Source: an uncultured cyanobacterium
Lineage (GTDB): Bacteria; Cyanobacteriota; Cyanobacteriia; Pseudanabaenales; Pseudanabaenaceae
DNA: 64,000 bases
Direction: 5' to 3'
Assembly: GCA_963703315.1 (NCBI GenBank)
Contig: OY969811.1
Location: forward strand, 320,001-384,000
A model generated the notes under the pieces. It ran no database searches and was not told where the DNA came from. It saw only the letters and a program-made list of their open reading frames with translations. This document shows, one piece after another, positions 60,931 to 64,000 of the stretch. The first letter of the stretch is position 1; every line of letters starts with the position of its first letter. Both the position numbers and the translations under genes were made by a program.

Positions 60931-63900
60931 GTTTCCTACTCTATAGGGGACGCGATCAATTGGAAACAATGGTTGGTAAGTAGACTGTGTGATAGTAGAC
61001 AATCTCCTATACGCTAGGAGATGCGATCAATTGGAAACGCAAAGGTAAAGGTTGCTAATGTTGCGGGTGCTGATCTCCTACTCGCTAGGGGACGCGATCA
61101 ATTGGAAACCCAACTTTAAACACTTGGACATTTTCCAATGTAGCGATTCTCCTACTCGCTAGGGGACGCGATCAATTGGAAACCAGATGACATCATCTGA
61201 ACCAAATCTTCATCAAAGAACTTATCTCCTACTCGCTGGGGGACGCGATCGATTGGAAACATAAAAGCAAGGGCAGCAGCAATCAAAGCAGGCATATTTG
61301 TTCTCCTACTCGCTAGGGGACGCGATCAATTGGAAACCACTGTTTAGGCTGCCTAGCATCACATACACCTCGTTTTCCCTACTCGTTAGGGGACGCGATC
61401 AATTGGAAACGTAAATTCTTCCAACGTTTGACCGAACTTGTCGTCAATCCCCTACTCGCTAGGGGATGCGATCGATTGGAAACCTAATCTCACGATGCTC
61501 TACCGCTTCAAATAAGCAGTTTTCCCCTACTCGCTAGGGGACGCGATCAATTGGAAACCCCTGCGATTGATGGATAGTCAGCGCGAAAGCATATCGCATC
61601 CCCTACTCGCTAGGGGACGCGATCAATTGAAAACTCAATAATCAAAGTCTTTTAGTGATGAGTGAGATTGTTCCCCTACTTGCTAGGGGACGCGATCGAT
61701 TGGAAACGACATGTAATCATGTCCTGCTTTATACTTTTTATGATCTCCTACTCGCTAGGGGACGCGATCGATTGGAAAAACGGCTATACATTGCTCTGCA
61801 TGGTTCATGATAGGAATCTCCTACTCGCTAGGGGGCGCGATCGATTGGAAACTACCATAATGGCTTGGCTCCGTATTTGTGTGTCATTTCCCCTACTCGC
61901 TAGGGGATGCGATCAATTGGAAATGCTCCTCACTTCTGATGTTCCCAGACGTAAAACCAATCTCCTACTCGCTAGGGGACGCGATCAATTGGAAACAGCC
62001 ACGCTAGGGAATCTGGTTTTGTTGTGCCTTTTGGTCTCTCCTACTCGCTAGGGGTCGCGATCAATTGGAAACCCGCCTATTACTCGACGAATAACATTTG
62101 TCGCAACAAAAAAGTTCCCTACACGCTAGGGAACGCGATCAATTGGAAACACGTAGCCCTGTATGATGTTTGTGATTACTGGGTCATTAATCCCCTACTC
62201 GCTAGGGGATGCGATCGATTGGAAACTGACAACGCTTAATCGCTTGGTATGTCTGCTCAAAACTATTCTCCTACTTGTAAGGGGACGTGATCAATTGGAA
62301 ACTGAAACCAAGTGAGAGTGATGCTTTATGATGGTTTGTCTCCTACTCGCTAGGGGATGCGATCGATTGGAAACTGATGAGCTACCCGATCTTGGCTGTA
62401 AAAATCACCCTTCTCCTACTCGCTAGGAGACGAGATCGATTGGAAATGTCAGGTACTTGCCCGAGGAAGTCACCTTACCCTTGTCTCCTACTCGCGAGGG
62501 GACGCGATCGATTGGAAATGTCCAACAGAGAAAAGTAAAGTAAAGTTCGGATACATCTCCTACTCGTTAGGGGACGCGATCGATTGGAAATTGAACTTCA
62601 ACCATGTCGCACTCAACCCAAGCGCAAACCGATTTGTCTCCTACTCGCTAGGGGACGCGATCGATTGGAAACATCTCACCGTGCTTGCGACACCATTCCG
62701 AGAGTTGATCCCCTACTCGCTAGGGGACGCGATCGATTGGAAACAACTGAGCTTTTAGAAATACAATGTCGTTGATCGATATTCTCCTACTCGCTAGGGG
62801 ATGCGATCGATTGGAAACTGAGGATTATATCTTTCTTCAGTATCAGTTTCTTCAATCTCCTACTCGCTAGGGGATGCGATCGATTGGAAACCGATCAACC
62901 GCGATCGCCTCCTGAGTCCGACGGGCTTCTCCTACTCGTTAGGGGACGCGATCGATTGGAAACACTTTGCTGTATAGGGAATAGGTGAGAAAGCTGTAAA
63001 TCCCCTACTCGCTAGGGGACGCGATCAATTGGAAACGCATACTTGTCTAGGATCGGTGGGATGTATTTCCAAGTCTCCTACTCGCTAGGGGACGCGATCG
63101 ATTGGAAACGCATGACGGCTTTACGATTCGATAAAGTCTTTTCGTTCTCCTACTCGCTAGGGGACGCGATCGATTGGAAACGTTTTTATAATGTCTGAAT
63201 GTCTATGAGTCATTTTTTATCCCCTACTCGCTAGGGGACGAGATCGATTGGAAACCCCGCAAAGTTAATCCACTGAAATCACTCAATTTTGTTTCCTACT
63301 CGTTAGGGGACGCGATCGATTGGAAACCCTTTGGTTGTGAAAACTGCATTTCGTGACGTGGTCTCCCCTACTCGCTAGGGGACGCGATCGATTGGAAACC
63401 GATCTAGCCATGATTGTTTGATCACAAACTCGCAAATCTCCTACACGCTAGGGGACGCGATCGATTGGAAACACCCATTGGAGCAGCGCTTTAAATGTGT
63501 CGAGATCTTTCTCCTACTCGCTAGGGGACGCGATCGATTGGAAACTGTTCAGCCTTGTAAGCCCAAGCAGTAAGCTTGTTTCTCCTACTTGCTAGGGGAC
63601 GTGATCAATTGGAAACTACTTAGTTTCAAGCGCCTTGCCTGTGCGGGTGATTTTTCTCCTACTCGCTAGGGGACGCGATCGATTGGAAACGGTGGATTTG
63701 AGTAACGTAATAATAGAATAGTTTCCAACTTAGTCTCCTACTCGCTAGGGGACGCGATCGATTGGAAACTTGATCTCGATAATACGGTCGATCCCGTCAA
63801 TAGAAGTCTCCTACTCGTTAGGGGACGCGATCGATTGGAAACCCCTCGGCATCAAGGGTACTGAATCCGTAGACATCACTCTCCTACTCGCTAGGGGACG

Positions 63901-64000
63901 CGATCGATTGGAAACTTTGCTTGAGTTGTAGCGGTCAAATAATCGGTATTATCCCCTACTCGCTAGGGGACGCGATCGATTGGAAACCCGTCTCTCCCAG
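60931..64000 (+). CRISPR. CRISPR array, 42 repeats counted, continues beyond the window; consensus (N)TCTCCTACTCGCTAGGGGACGCGATCGATTGGAAAC
   Basis: Regular 36-37-nt repeats with about 34-44-nt spacers that appear unique; 3' end ATTGGAAAC. Confidence 0.98.

Noticed and set aside
61662..62775. ORFs within the CRISPR array
   Set aside because: Translations of repeats and spacers (recurring LLARGRDRLET).

Overview
Cyanobacterial chromosomal window: HIP1 octamer GCGATCGC is abundant, and psaD, hli, petB/petD/petP and ndhD are present. The style is Pseudanabaena-like, which is an inference. Most of the window is housekeeping (alaS, mnmG, panB, dapL, ribF, pyk, gcvP, sbcD, tRNA-Arg(CCT), tRNA-Leu(CAA)). 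Three accessory regions interrupt it. (1) 1.4-8.3 kb: a vWA / vWA-TM-OmpA paralogue pair and two uncharacterised genes that may be defence-related. (2) 23.1-29.5 kb: a NACHT-GUN4 gene, a complete IS1634 with TIRs and TSD, and a complete IS621-like IS110 whose bridge-RNA guide loops can be read and match the REP it inserted into, next to a REP-flanked RAYT gene. (3) 51.8-64 kb: a WYL regulator, a type III-B-variant CRISPR-Cas operon (HD-less Cas10 with GGDD, Cmr4 lacking the canonical catalytic Asp, Cmr6-Cmr1 fusion, CARF-HEPN-like effector) and an array of at least 42 unusually heterogeneous repeats running off the window end. Intergenic DNA is full of palindromic MITE/REP-like elements, some of which supply gene stop codons. 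All counts and alignments were done by eye; no database searches were run.
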